From NCBI GenBank assembly GCA_051362555.1, contig CM120648.1:16674587-16738586 (forward strand): a DNA stretch of 64,000 nucleotides, read 5' to 3'. Below the pieces are notes generated by a model. That model was given only the letters and a program-made list of their open reading frames with translations. It was not told the DNA's origin and made no database searches. This document shows positions 1 to 13,147 of this stretch, piece after piece. The number at the start of each line of letters is the position of its first letter. The first letter of the stretch is position 1. The stretch comes from Lingula anatina (Eukaryota; Animalia; Brachiopoda). The translations under genes and the position numbers were made by a program.

Positions 1-21
1 GGGAAATCGGTCCGAGTTAAT

Positions 22-1823
22 GTGATCACCACTCGTCAGCAGGCTAAAAAGATGAAAAGAACGCCTGAAGTGGGCTCTACTGGTGTAGAGTCGAGTTCAA
101 AAGAAGTGGGCTCTACTGGCGTAGAGTCGAGATCAACTAAAGTGGGCTCTACTGGCGTAGAGTCGAGATCAACTAAAGTGGACTCTAAGGATATAGAGTC
201 GAGACCAGCTGCAGTGGGCTCTAATAGAACAGAGTCGAGGTCAACTGTGAAGGCTGAGAGTAAGAGTACCTCAGGGCTACGCAGTTGGGGGTATTCAGTG
301 GAAGAGGTGAAAGCGGCACAGAAAGCAGATCACGATGTGAATCTGATCAGGGAGTATGTGGACAACGCCATTATTCCAAATCAGTCTACTCTATTCAGAG
401 GGAGCAAGGAATTAAAGTCTTATTGGCTGGATAGAGAGATGTTTGTAATGATTGATGGTGTACTGTATTGGTCAGATCCGAAGACTGACGATAAGAAGTT
501 AGTGCTTCCACATGGATTGCGAGTTAAGGCAATCGAGTTACACCACTGTTTACCATCAGCAGGACATCAGGGAGTCTCTAGGACTAAAGAGAGACTTCGA
601 GAACGTTTTTATTGGCACAAGTTAGGCCGAGATGTGGATAACTTTGTGCGAGGCTGCGCAAGTTGCAATCAAAATAAAAAGTCGGCAAGACATGGCCGGG
701 GTGCTTTAACCGAGTTCCAGGCTGGAGAACCTATGGAACGTGTACACTTGGATTTTCTGGGTCCTCTACCGAAGAGCACCAGGGGAAATGAGTACATACT
801 CATGATGGTTGACCAGTTTACCAAGTGGGTGGAGTGCATCCCGCTTCCATCGCAGTCTGCTGAGGAGACAGCGCAGGCGGCAGTCGAACAGTTTTTCTCA
901 CGGTTTGGGGTACCGTTTGAAATATACACGGATCAAGGAAGAAATTTTGATTCGAAGCTGTTCACTGAGGTGTGTAGGATATTGGAGATCCATAAAGCAC
1001 GGACGACACCCTATCGCCCATCTTCCAATGGTCAGATTGAGAGGTACAATCGGACATTGATGGACGCAGTGCGTTGCTTTACAGAGAGATCTCAAAACCA
1101 GTGGGATCTTCATCTACAGCAAATTGCCGGGGCTCTCAGGTCATCGGTCAACAGGATGACAGGTTTTACGGCTAATAAGCTGATGTTGGGCAGGGAAGTC
1201 AACACTCCTGCTGGAATAATGTTCCCACAGAAGGGAAGAGAGCCGAGTAGTACCGAGGGGTATGTGGCTGAGTTAGAAGCCGACCTACAGAAGGCGCACG
1301 AGACTGCCCGAGGTAAGCTCAAAGTATCTTCTAAGCGTATGAAGCGGGATTACGACCTGAGGATTTTGGAGCGAACCTATGCGGTCGGGGATTCAGTTTA
1401 CATACTGGATGCGGCCGGAGGCCGGGGGAAGTGTAAGAAACTATGTCCCCGTGGAAGGGTCCGGGAGTCATCGTGGAGAGGCTGAGCTCGTATTTATACC
1501 GGGTGAAGGTAAGAAATGCGGTGTTCGTGGCCAATCATGACAGGTTAAAACCTTGTCGAGACAGTGAGATACCTCTGTGGATCCAGCAATGGAGAAAAAA
1601 TCCCGTGGTTGACTCTACAGTCAAAGGGGATGACAGGGTGTATTGTAGCTGTAGGCAGAAATGGCAGGGCCGATTTATGATACAGTGTGATTATTGTAGT
1701 GAATGGTATCATGGGTCCTGTGTAAACATTACTGCGTCTGACGCCCTCTCGATAAAGAAGTACAAGTGTGAGGATTGCACACGTCGATTGGTGCGTCCGG
1801 GCCATGACCCTGGGAAGGGTTAA
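22..1823 (+). mobile_element. pol: Gypsy/Ty3 LTR retrotransposon pol 3' part: spacer, integrase and C-terminal PHD finger; one frameshift near 1447
   Basis: HHCC zinc motif (HCLPSAGHQG...CASC), DDE core (VHLDFLGP, YTDQGRNF, NGQIERYN). The frame shifts at LCP/PWKGP into ORF 1443..1823, which ends in a PHD finger (VYCSC...MIQCDYCSEWYHGSC...YKCEDC). Confidence 0.92.
67..245 (+). repeat. In-frame 36-bp tandem repeat (~4-5 units) in the pol spacer
   Basis: Unit AAGTGGGCTCTACTGGCGTAGAGTCGAG..., translating as xVGSTGVESRST repeats. Confidence 0.85.
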
Positions 1824-2990
1824 GGTCAAGATTTGTGGTGTTGAAAAGAATGGGCGCTGGTTGTTTTTGAACTAGTGGGGGCCCAATTTTCAGTGCACCA
1901 CAATGCTGGCCAGGAGAGGTACGACCTGGTCAGGAGTAGATGCTGGGAAGGAGTATTCCTAGTGATGAGTACCGTGTATTGATTCCTTGGCTGGTCAGCT
2001 TGGGCTGATCGAGAAGCGACAAGGGATCTGGTAGAGAGAACAGCGTGGGCGGTCCTTGGCTGGGTCAGCATGGGCTGATCGAGTAGTGATACAAGGATCG
2101 TAAGAATGTGTTGTTGGTGTCGGATTGTAATGACTACCTCCAATCCAGATAAAGTGGGGAGGAGTGTAGTGATCTGGCATCAGTGTGTGGCTTGTCTTGG
2201 CCTCGATCCGAGTCGAGGCTGAGTGTCAGTTTGGGAGAAACTCGATAGCTGTAAGGAGTGGGTTACAGCGAGGAGCACTGAGAACAAAGGGCGACGCCAT
2301 TACTGTGAAGCAAGATAGAGATAGAGGTTGGAATCCTGATTTCTAGTGGTTATCTATAGGAAAGGGATTTCGTTACTGCTAAGGTAAGCAGATTATTAGT
2401 AGAAATATCCGGAGCTAGAGTTGATTAGCGTAAGGGATTTCTATAGTACACGTCTGCACGGTAGCTGTGGTTGAGTTGTACTCACCGGGATCAGGCAGGG
2501 AAGTTGGACTCTCCACCTGGTGTGCGCATTACTTACCGTAATTGCACACTCTCCGCGCAGGGAGAGCACACCGGGTGAAGGTAGGAAAATGCACGAACAC
2601 AACATTCCCCCACTTTTATTTGAAAGGAGCTACTTATAAATACATGTTTGCCCATGTAGACACTCAAAATTCCTCTCGATAAATAAAATAAGGTGGATTC
2701 CAGTTGAAATATTCGTACAGACTGTCATTAGCTGTTAGTGCTAACAACATCACCTAGGTGATAGTCCGCCGAAGAAAAATACAAAAAATAAATAAACAGC
2801 AGAACAGACCGTGATGGGCGGTTCATTCACCAGCCAGTCACATCACCAAAAAGAAAGTTATAGTCCGTTCAAAAAGTTCTCATAAATAAATGAAAAGAAA
2901 AATGGAATGCAAAAATAAGATCCCGGTTTTTCAGAAATTATATCAAATTAGACTGTAGTCACGTGTTAACACAAAAATAAGCTACATAAC

Positions 2991-3540
2991 GGTCGACGTT
3001 AGTTCCAAGACTCAAGTCTAAGGTCCACCACGCACTTGCATTGCGCATGTGAAGGTCGTATATAAATAGGTCATCGCTAATGACGCTATATGATCTATGG
3101 CATGATACAGCGTTGAGGGTCTGCCGCTATATTTTTCATTCAATTGAAATTTTTGTTATTCAGTGTTTCATATTCATGCAATATTCTTTTTTCCATTCAA
3201 TGTTGTCTCATATTTTCTTGCAGTATTTTTCATGCAATTCTTTCATGCAATTATTTTTTCATTCAATGTTGTTTCAATTTTTTTTTTTCCTTCAATGTTG
3301 TCTCATATTTTCATGCAGTAATATTAATACATCAGTGTATGGACCTTCCAGCACTAACATCCCATAGACAAATTTTTAGGGCAGTGCCACAGCTCTGTAA
3401 GAATTCTGGTGAAAACTTTCTTCAATTTTTTTTTCTTAAAATATAATTTTCACATAGTGTTTATAATGCATTAGAATAAAATTATAAACATAAATAAAAT
3501 ACATAAAAATTTAGTGACAGTGTGGCAGGCTTGTGTGTTT

Positions 3541-3583
<43 letters not shown>

Positions 3584-5688
3584 TTTTAATACTGATTTTT
3601 AATTTTGAAAATCTATTTTTTTTTTTCAGGATAAGTTTAACAAACTAGAACTATATACTAGTATAAAATAGTAATCATGATAATAAAATCCTGAAATTTG
3701 AGATATGAAAATTAAACCTGCATGGATATAGAATTTCATTTTTTTTTACTGTACATGCTTTAAAGGATTTTAGGTAAACTTCATACTCTAGTATCCTGAT
3801 AGCAGTAGGCCTACTTGTGCGAATGCAAAAAAATCTTTATTACAACAGAAAAACAATCAAATGCACAAACATATGAATAAGTTGTTACAGTTTTCCAGTT
3901 TTATGCAATCCATGTTTGCAAACCTCTTATTTTTTTCAACAGTGCAAATAAAAAAATGTTTTTCTCATCTGATTTGCTTATACACTTTGCCTTATGCAAG
4001 TTATATATTGGTTTTGGATTATTTCAACATTGCAGTCATGTAGAATTTATGCCCACTGAAATACATGGAGTCTGTAACATGCCTGAGAATCATTCAAAAT
4101 GTTCAGTGATGTTTGTCAAAGTTAGCAGACACGCTACCGATGGCTCAGATGCAGTAAAACTACCGCCGAGGAGAGTTGAGGAATACTTTCGTGTTACCAA
4201 TGTCAATTAACATTGACCTCCTAATTCACAGAGGCCAAGGGACTCTGCTACTTCTGGAAGTCAGAAACGTGGTCCTCTCCTGCTAAATCATAGATAACCT
4301 GAAGTATTTTATCACATTTGTAAATACAATAGTTCCCTTGCTCAGTTATACCAATCAAAATCTGTGGTGTTCAACTTTTGGTGTGAATTTTAAGTTAGTC
4401 ACGCTTAATAATCAGCACAAAGATGTCATAATACACGTACTATAATTAGTACTATCTCTATAATCAGCACTATCAATGTCATTGTTGTATTACATGGTGA
4501 CCCCCAAATAGAGAAGAACCTATAATTTTTTTTTTTATTTCTACGAAGGTTTTTACCCTTGGTTGATTAAGAGATGTTGGAAAGATTATTGTTCCAATAT
4601 TTCATGTACTAACTAGATTTGTACAGTATACCCTGAAAGAGAGAGAAAAAAATGTCTTGTGGGTTCTATTTTTTCAGTTATTTCTACTGTTAGGCCATGT
4701 TAAATTATTTACACACTTTGAATTTCGTTTCAAAACTTGCAATAACAGTTTACAATGGAATTTCATATTTATTAATGTAACACCAAAGTCGTATCACGTT
4801 TAATCAATGATAATATTAATAATATGTTTCTGATGCAGATTCCTCAATTATTTTTCAATAAAACTGAGAATTTTGTTCAACTTATAAATATGAATTTTCT
4901 CATAAATATTTGGAAAAAAATTAAAATGTCCATAAACTTGTACAGACTTGATGATCAGACGGATGATGTACATTGTACAATCTGATTATGCTACTTTTTC
5001 GATCAGTACTTTGTATTCTGTCCATCCTTGCCTGAAGTTTGTACCTGTTAACTTGCGTTGGTTAATGGGAGCAAATATAACAGGACCAATTTAACATGGT
5101 ACTTTGTTGGATACTTCAATAAAAGTCTGTTTAAAATCTCTTTGTTTTCTGAAACTAACCAGACTGCAACTAACTTCTGATAACAAACGTGAATTTAAAC
5201 CTTAAATATAAGGAAAATACAAATTCTGAGGCATACCCATACCCCATACCCCCAATAAAAAATTAATTTGAAGGAGGATTTGCATTCTTCCCTTAGTTCA
5301 TGATCACAACAGGTCCAGCGATCTACAAGGATACAATGGAACATTTTTTCCATGCAGTGAATCTTAGCTTGTGAATGAAGCTAATGACTGAAGACTAAAA
5401 TGTAGGCCTGCAACAAACGAAGAGGAATGATATTTCACAACTATTGCAGCAGTTTTGTGAACCCAAAGGTACTGTACCAGTACCTTGTACATGCAGGGCC
5501 TGAAACCTGAAATGTATATAGGTGAAATAAGAGAAACGTATTCTGTAATGTACACATGAATAAGAATTGTTTTTATTTTTTTGTACATAATCCTACGGCT
5601 GAACTGTAAATCCTTGTATTATGTGGTTTGGGGTCAATCATTCTGCAAAATGAAACATACGCTTTCAAATATATATATATATTATATA

Positions 5689-5727
<39 letters not shown>

Positions 5728-6977
5728 TCACTATCAACTAGCCAAAGGTCACAGGGTCGATTTTCCATTTTCCCCTATATAATCTGCCGCACTGGTAGAG
5801 GGTACCGTTTGTCCAAAATTTGCAAAGGGGTCCAACTATGCTGAGTGCTTACACCATGCAGATTGTGTAACAAATAAGTTGAATACCTTCCTGATGCAGA
5901 TGCCCCCACAATGTAGTCCTATGCACAAGAAACAATGAGACAATTCTGCTGAACGAGAATTGAGCCAATATTTTACCATTAAACTTTCAATTACTTCTAA
6001 CATATTATTCATAAAGTATGCTGAAAGGAAAGATGCTGAAATGATCACCAAATATCAAATAAATAGCTTGAATGATCCAATGGATTTTCTTGGCAAATTT
6101 TTTGAATTTATAATAATTGTCTTTAATGCCAATAAAAGAAAAAAATCTACAAATTCTTTTTTTCTTAACTAGCAAAATTAATGTCATCCACAACATTTGA
6201 TGGGAACGCTATGGTATGTCCAAATGGAAGTTATGCATTGGTTAGAATACAACAATCATGATATTTATTTTTTTTTCAATAGATTGATTTAGATATAAAA
6301 ATTACAGCTTGAATTACTGGTATAATAATTATAAGAAGAAGAAGAGGAATAACAAGGGACATCACAAAAATCTAATAATATTTTTTAATTTTGCATTCTG
6401 AGCTAGCTTAGTGTGACTTTTAAAATATGACAATATAATACTTTTAAAATAAATGTGTGTTTTTAAAGAGAGAAAATAAAAAATTAACCTGCCTCTAAAA
6501 TTTTTTATTCTAGTCAAGTATATATATATTTGTGTGATTTTGTACTTCGTCAAAATGTTTAATAAGACGGACATTTGCACCACCATGACTATTGTGAGAG
6601 GCACATGTATTACCACAGTGTACTACAACTGTACAGTACGTACCAAAAACGCTAATGAATATATATCGCTTTCACGAGACGGGTAAAAATGAAGTTCAAA
6701 ATTAAACTGACTAAAGACAAAACATAGTTCTTTTATTCAAATTAGATAAAAAAAAAAAAATAAGAGGACATTCAACTTACAAGATATACACTTAAATCGT
6801 CATTTCAAATCAAACGAAGAAAACCGCAAAACTAAAGTTCTTACTTGAAGTTTAACTGAGAAGACAGCAATGCAACAGCATGCGATAAATTTGTTTTTGT
6901 TATTGACTGACGTCACATGCGCAATGCAAGTGCGCGGTGGACCTTAGACTTGAGTCTTGGAACTAACGTCGACCCTA
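2991..6977. mobile_element. Non-autonomous DNA transposon with 62-bp TIRs (possibly hAT-like)
   Basis: 2991..3052 is the reverse complement of 6913..6974 with one mismatch. The right end reads ...GACCCTA (TAGGG-type terminus). Flanks TACATAAC / CACATAAC look like an imperfect 8-bp TSD. No transposase ORF inside. Confidence 0.8.
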
Positions 6978-7967
6978 CACATAACAGTTACAGTCGGCAT
7001 GACGTCACAAGATGGCCGACTAGGGTAAAACATTGGCTGGCGCCCATTACTCTCAATGTTAAATTGGCGAACTTTGATCGTTAATATCAAACAGACCAGA
7101 GGACAATTACTTGTGACAACCACTTGGCCATATTCACTAGGGTTTTTAGCGTCAGTCATGGGCCTCAGGAGGATTTTCTAAAGCTGCAGGTGATTTTATC
7201 AGCGATAAAGCCAACCGTTCTCCAACGGGCTGCAATTACAGTTTACACCTGATATTATCTTTTATTAGATATATCTCTGGAATCTTGTCACTGACAGCAC
7301 CTGAATGGGACTTACCTGGATTTCTCCCTGTCAGAAGAGCTTTACAGGTGATTTAGGTGGAAGAAAAAGATCGGTGTTGCGGTGTTCACTTTATTTATTA
7401 GTGTCAGTATATAACCTCAGCTTGTGTTAATTTTATCAACCAGAAAAACTATATACTTGTAATAATATTTTGCTTTGATTTAAATGTTGATCAGGGAAAA
7501 TAGACTTTATATTAACTTTCACGAAATACATGGAGCTTATGTCTTGTATAAAATTTTGTCATTCGTTTTCCATGTTTTTCAGCAGTTTTGTGGTAATTTT
7601 TGAACTGTCAAGCACAGAAAGGTGAATTTCTAGCTATGCCTTTTGGTTATCATTATAAAAAAACTTTAAAGCAATTATTCTGATACTAATTATCTCAGAA
7701 TTCAGCAACAAATATAGAGTAATTAAATAGTTGTAAAAATCAATTTTTTTATCAAACTTTATTATCTTTGGTCAGATTATATACAGTGTAATAAACATGC
7801 ATGTCACAGAAGAAGACCCACAGGCTTGCTGCACAGTCAAAGTAATGTACAGTTTTAATGTACAGTGCAATACAAATATATTTTCAAATTGCCTACTGCA
7901 TGAAACATATATTAAAATTAAAAAAAAAAAAAGAAATAAGTGCATTGCATTCATCAAAGCTGAACAT

Positions 7968-10402
7968 CTAAACAGTTTTATGTTTCTTGGCACTTCTACA
8001 CTCCTTGCAATACCACAACCTTGCTTTAGGCAGTCACTTCAATTTTAAACAGTCTAAATGGAACCAATTGCCACATTTGTCACATGCTACCATGTCCCTA
8101 TCTTCCTTTGATGACTTGCAATAGCAATACACAAGCTTGCTGGTGGATGGCATTACTGATACATTTACATTTCCAATACGCCTTGTAAGAAGCTCTGGCA
8201 AAATGCACTTTTTCCAAAATGATGCCAATTTGGAAGTCATGGTCTGAATGTAACTATCATCTCTTAACACTAGTCACCACACAATCTGCGGGTGACCACA
8301 CAACAAAATCTGCATTATGAGCACCAGTCACAAACATCTGAAGCTGCACTTGTGAAAAATAAACATGTGTTGACCTTAAACTAAAATCAGCTTTGAGACA
8401 AAAAATTTTGACAGATGATATGGATTCCCTGACATATACATATATTGTCTTTACAGTGATAAGGGCATTTGATTTCTACTACTTCTAAACCACAACAGGT
8501 ACACCTGATAATCCCATCAGGTGATCCTGCCAAAAAAGGCATATCCTCAGAAATGAACAGTCCACATTTTTTTAGACTACTGTCCTTGTGTTGTTAAGAT
8601 ACATTATGAATGTACAAATCACTGGGGGTACAATTACTTGTGAAACTGTTTTTTTGTCTGATGTATTTCATTTCCATATAGAGCAAAGGCATTGTCCTCA
8701 TTAAGTCTCCCCCACTCCAGGGCAGGAACCTTTGGTGACTGGCTCTGAGGGTTGCATATTTTTTGTATGGTGGATTTAGCTGGTTTCTCAATGGTTGTTT
8801 TCATTACATCTCCTGCAACAGATGCTGTGATTCTTCCAGCTCTCATTTCTTGCCATAGTGAAGATCCTGCTTGGTTTCGTGTGTTTTTCTCCACCAATTC
8901 AATTTCCTCAGCATTTATCCTAATGTCTATGTCGCTGCACATTATAGAAAGGTCACTGTGTGACAGCTCATTATTCTGGTTGTTGTATAAGTTGCGTAGA
9001 GATGCGGGGATCTTAGCTTTTTTTTTCTGTCCTGGGGCCCAATCCCTCGAAGCACTCAGAATTACCACTAAAGGCGCTCAAGCAAACAACATCAGTACCA
9101 AATGGTTTTAATGAGTCAAAAAAAGCTTTCTGTTCTTCAGCAGTGAAAGGGGGTGGTAGTTCTTTTTTGTTCACGGGTAGATTTGCGCAGCTTTTCTTTT
9201 GCTGTGGCACTGTAGAAGTTAAGTTCAGCAATGGGAGCAGGCTCAACATTCTTCACAAAGCACTCATTCCAGACACAGGGTTCATCTGTGCATGCTGATG
9301 TTGTATATCCAAGTCTAACGGCTGCCTCTATCTTGTAAAGCAATGCCCCCACATGGGAACAACTTTCACCTAATCTGAAATGGATATGTTACAAAAGCAT
9401 AAATGACATGGATTAAGTGTGACATGCAAGAGCACTAGGAGCAATTTTACAGGCTAACAACATACAAGAATGACTCTCATTTTTTAACCAAGGCTTTTTG
9501 ATATGAACAGATGTGAAAATTAGACTATGTTCCTATACCTAGATTGATCTAACAGGAGTGATCCATCTTTGTCCCTTTTAACCAGTTGGGTGCTTGCTGA
9601 AAATTTGATCTGATGAAAATGTACTTATTAAGGTTGGTCAATATTTTAACCATTAAACATCTCTGATGTAGCTGAAGTGACTTGCTTACCCTGCCATACA
9701 GTCACAGTGTGCAGCAATGACCTGACCATCCTTCCTCACAGCTATCCATAGTTGGTGGGGTTCATCTGTTACTCGCCATGATGGTCGGACATCAGCTCTC
9801 ATAATAAAGTCTCCATTGCATGTCTTGATATGAAAGACTGTTTGCACCCATCCAGCCACAAAGAATTTGTGTGCGTCTAATGATTTGTAGTTTTTCATAT
9901 TTTCTCGGGTGTAGATACAAAAATTGTAACGTATACATACATATAAATCAGAATTCAATCAATATGACACAGCAAAGAGACATATATTCCCAAAAATTAA
10001 AAGGAAACTTTTGGTCTTTGACAACACCCTTAAATACTTCCGTTATTAAGGTTTTCAGTTCATTAAAATAAAATAAAATAAAATAAAATAGTTTAAATCT
10101 GTCAAAATTAAAGAAATCAGCAATATCTTATCTACACGCCCCTAAACTAGCATGTTGATCTGTGCTTTATAAAAGCTGCTAGCTTGTATTTGTATCAACA
10201 TAAAAAATATTAAAGGTTTTCACAGATCTGCTACTTATGTATAAAAAAACCTACTTGGGGATTCTATCAAATAATAAAATATGTCAGCATGTCCAAGAGG
10301 AGGCCACTGCTTTGGGTCATTGATCCATCTGTCTCCAGGCTCTTTGTATGGGCACTTGTCCAAACCAACATCTCGCAACTTAGATTTGTAGCGAACTACT
10401 GT
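7968..10402 (-). pseudogene. SWIM + YqaJ (lambda-exonuclease-like PD-(D/E)xK) + PHD protein pseudogene, typical of the second ORF of ISL2EU/Kolobok-type DNA transposons
   Basis: Three exons (~10402..10255, ~9918..9690, 9374..7968): RYKSKL..CPY..W..DPKQWP, KSLDAHKFFVAGWV, AHCDCMAG/LGESCSHVGALL (SWIM), TRNQAGSSLWQEMRAGRITAS, FLAGSPDG..EIKCPY (YqaJ), VYCYC..MVACDKCGNWFHLDC..WYCKEC (PHD). Frameshifts, a premature TGA at 8034 and a lost splice acceptor; the 5' end is cut by a Gypsy fragment. Confidence 0.85.
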
Positions 10403-13120
10403 ATCCATTACCATTAATGGAAGATTGCAAAGACACGCTGTCGGGAAACATCTGGTTTTCGAAGTTAGATGCCAATTCTGCGTATTGGCAAGTCAAAATA
10501 AAACCCGAGGATAGGCATAAAACGACTTTTATCATTATCACCGGACTTTTATAAAAAAATTTGCGGAAATATCCCATCCTCTGAGCAAAATTAAAGGTAA
10601 ACATGCCTTTGAATGGGGACCAGATCAAGCTCAATCTTTCGAAGCGCTCAAAACGGCATTGACTACACCACCAGTCTTATCGTAACCAAACGCAAAAGAT
10701 CCGTTTATTTTAGATAACGACGCTTCAAATCAATTCGATTGGTGTAGAGTTAATACAAGTGCAAAACGGCGAGGAGAAAGTAATCGCCTACGGCAGCTAC
10801 GCGTTAACTCCCGAACAAAAGAATTATTGCACCACGCGAAAAGAGCTTTTGGCTATCGTGAGATTTACCAGACAATTCAGGTATTATCTTTTGGGCCGAA
10901 TATTTACCGTTCGCACCGATCATTCAAGTCTGACGTGGTTATTGAGGTTTAAGGAGCCTCAAGGTCAACTCGCGAGGTGGATAGCAGAGCTTTCGCAATT
11001 CAATATGATCGTACAACATCGTGCCGGAGCTAAGCATAGCAATGCTGATTCTTTGTCTAGAATACCCGACCGTTTGGCACCGTGTAACGAGTATATTGCG
11101 GGAATAAAGCCGGAAAATTTACCTTGCGGAGGATGTAGTTATTGCGTCAGAGCCCATGAAAACTGGGGGAGTTTTTTCGGTGACGTCGACGAAGCGGTCA
11201 ATTTAACAGAAAAGAAAAAATTGTCATCCAAATTTACTGGTAAGTCTACAAAAAGTCAACGCGAACTGACATCCTCATTAAATACAGTCAATCTGGGACG
11301 AGAAACGGGTACGGAACATCTTTTCTATTGTATTCTAGAAAAAATTGTAGCCCTCTCTACCGATGTCGCTCTGCAACCTAAGGAATCTCATGTAGAAATA
11401 AATGCGTGTGGTCTGGAGGCGAAGTCAAATTCAAACCCGAATATTCCTCAGTGTTGGGTTTTTTCTATGGAAAAATTAAAAACTGAGCAAGCAAAAGACC
11501 CTGAGCTAAACATTTTACGAGAGTGGCAAAGACACGCTGTCGGGAAACATCTGGTTTTCGAAGTTAGATGCCAATTCTGCGTATTGGCAAGTCAAAATTA
11601 AATCCGAAGATAGGCATAAAACGACTTTTATCACGAAATACGGATTATTCGAACACGTCCGTATGGGTTTCGGCTTGACCAATGCTCCTGCGGCTTTCTC
11701 CCGGTTATACAATGGGAATACCCCCGATCAGGGTGCACTCTTCCGGTCAGCCCAATATCCAAAACTTACTGGCTGAATAAAGAATTATTCAAAATACATC
11801 ATGGAGTTATTTTCAAAACTGAAGAGGAAAGCAAAGATCTAAAATTAGTCATCCCGGAATCATTAAAAAAATCTGTTTTCAAATTACATCATGATATCCC
11901 TTCAGCTGGTCACCAAGGAGTGGCTAGAACAAAAACAAAAATCAAAGAAAAATTCTACTGGCCCCATATGAGCAAAGAAATAGCCAATTATGTCTTGAGT
12001 TGTGACATCTGTAATAAAAATAAGAAAAAAGGGTGTTACGGAAGAGTCCCCCTGACTGAATATGTTGCAGGTGCTCCGATGGAACGGGTTCATATTGATT
12101 TCATGGGACCGCTACCTAAAACATCAAAAGGTAATGAGCATTGTTTGGTCATGGTTGATGAATTCACAAAGTCGGTAGAGTGCGTTGCCTTCTCAAACGG
12201 CTGAAGTTACCGCGAAAGCAGCAATTGACTGTTTCTTTTCTAGGTTCGGTTATCCCCATCAACTTTTTTCTGATCAGGGACGGAATTTTGAAAGTCAATT
12301 TTTCGGGGATTTGTGTAGGGCTTTACATATACACAAATCACGCACTACTCCGTACCGACCGACTGCAAATGGACACGTTGAAAGGTTCAATCGTACCCTG
12401 ATGGATGCCGTACGGTGTTTTTTGGGTAAAAATTAGGGTGAATGGGATAAATATGTCCAGCAAATTGCAGGCGCGTTGCGTGCTTCTGTAAATAGAAGTA
12501 CGGGGTATACCCCTAATATGCTCATGCTTGGGAGGGAGGTCAATACTCCAGCCCAAATTATGTTCCCAAATCTGAAATCAAAAGAAACTGACTATGGTGA
12601 ATACATTTCAAAGTTAGTACAAAAAATGAAATTAGCTCATATTACAGCAAGAGCCAATTTAAAAACAACGCATGAAACGTGTGAAACGTGACTATGACCT
12701 TAAAATCCTGCTTAGACCTTATGCTGAAAAGAATTTGGTTTATGTTTTGGATACAGCAACAACTAAAGGCAAATCACGAAAATTGTGTTCACCATGGAAA
12801 GGACCCGCCATCATTGTAAAGAAATTATCTGGCTATCTGTATCGAGTGAAGCTAAAAAATGCAATTTTTGTAATTAACCATGACAGGCTCATGCCCTGTA
12901 GGGACAGAAATGTACCCTCATGGATTAGCTTCTGATGAACAATTTCAGCACTCGAGTGACAGTGAAGAAGAAGATTTGACACCATACTGTATTTGCAGGG
13001 CAGATTCATGATTCAATGTGACTATTGTCATGAATGGTATCATGGATCCTGCGTCACTGCGTCACTTCAACCGAAGCGATTAACATTGATAAATACAAGT
13101 GTGTAAAATGTCAAATCTAA
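10402..13120 (+). mobile_element. pol: Degenerate, rearranged Gypsy pol (RT fragment, RNase H, integrase, PHD), same lineage as the element at 22..1823
   Basis: YPLPLMEDCKDTLSGNIWFSKLDANSAYWQV (RT), NYCTTRKELLAIV..VRTDHSSL..HSNADSLSR (RNase H), AGAPMERVHIDFMGP..SDQGRNF..NGHVERFN (integrase), FMIQCDYCHEWYHGSC (PHD). Many frameshifts and stops. Confidence 0.9.
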
Positions 13121-13147
13121 TCATTATTTTTCATTGTTATTACAGAT

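Noticed and set aside
1824-2990. 3' LTR of the first Gypsy element
   Set aside because: No second copy in the window and no unambiguous PPT-TG...CA boundary was found.
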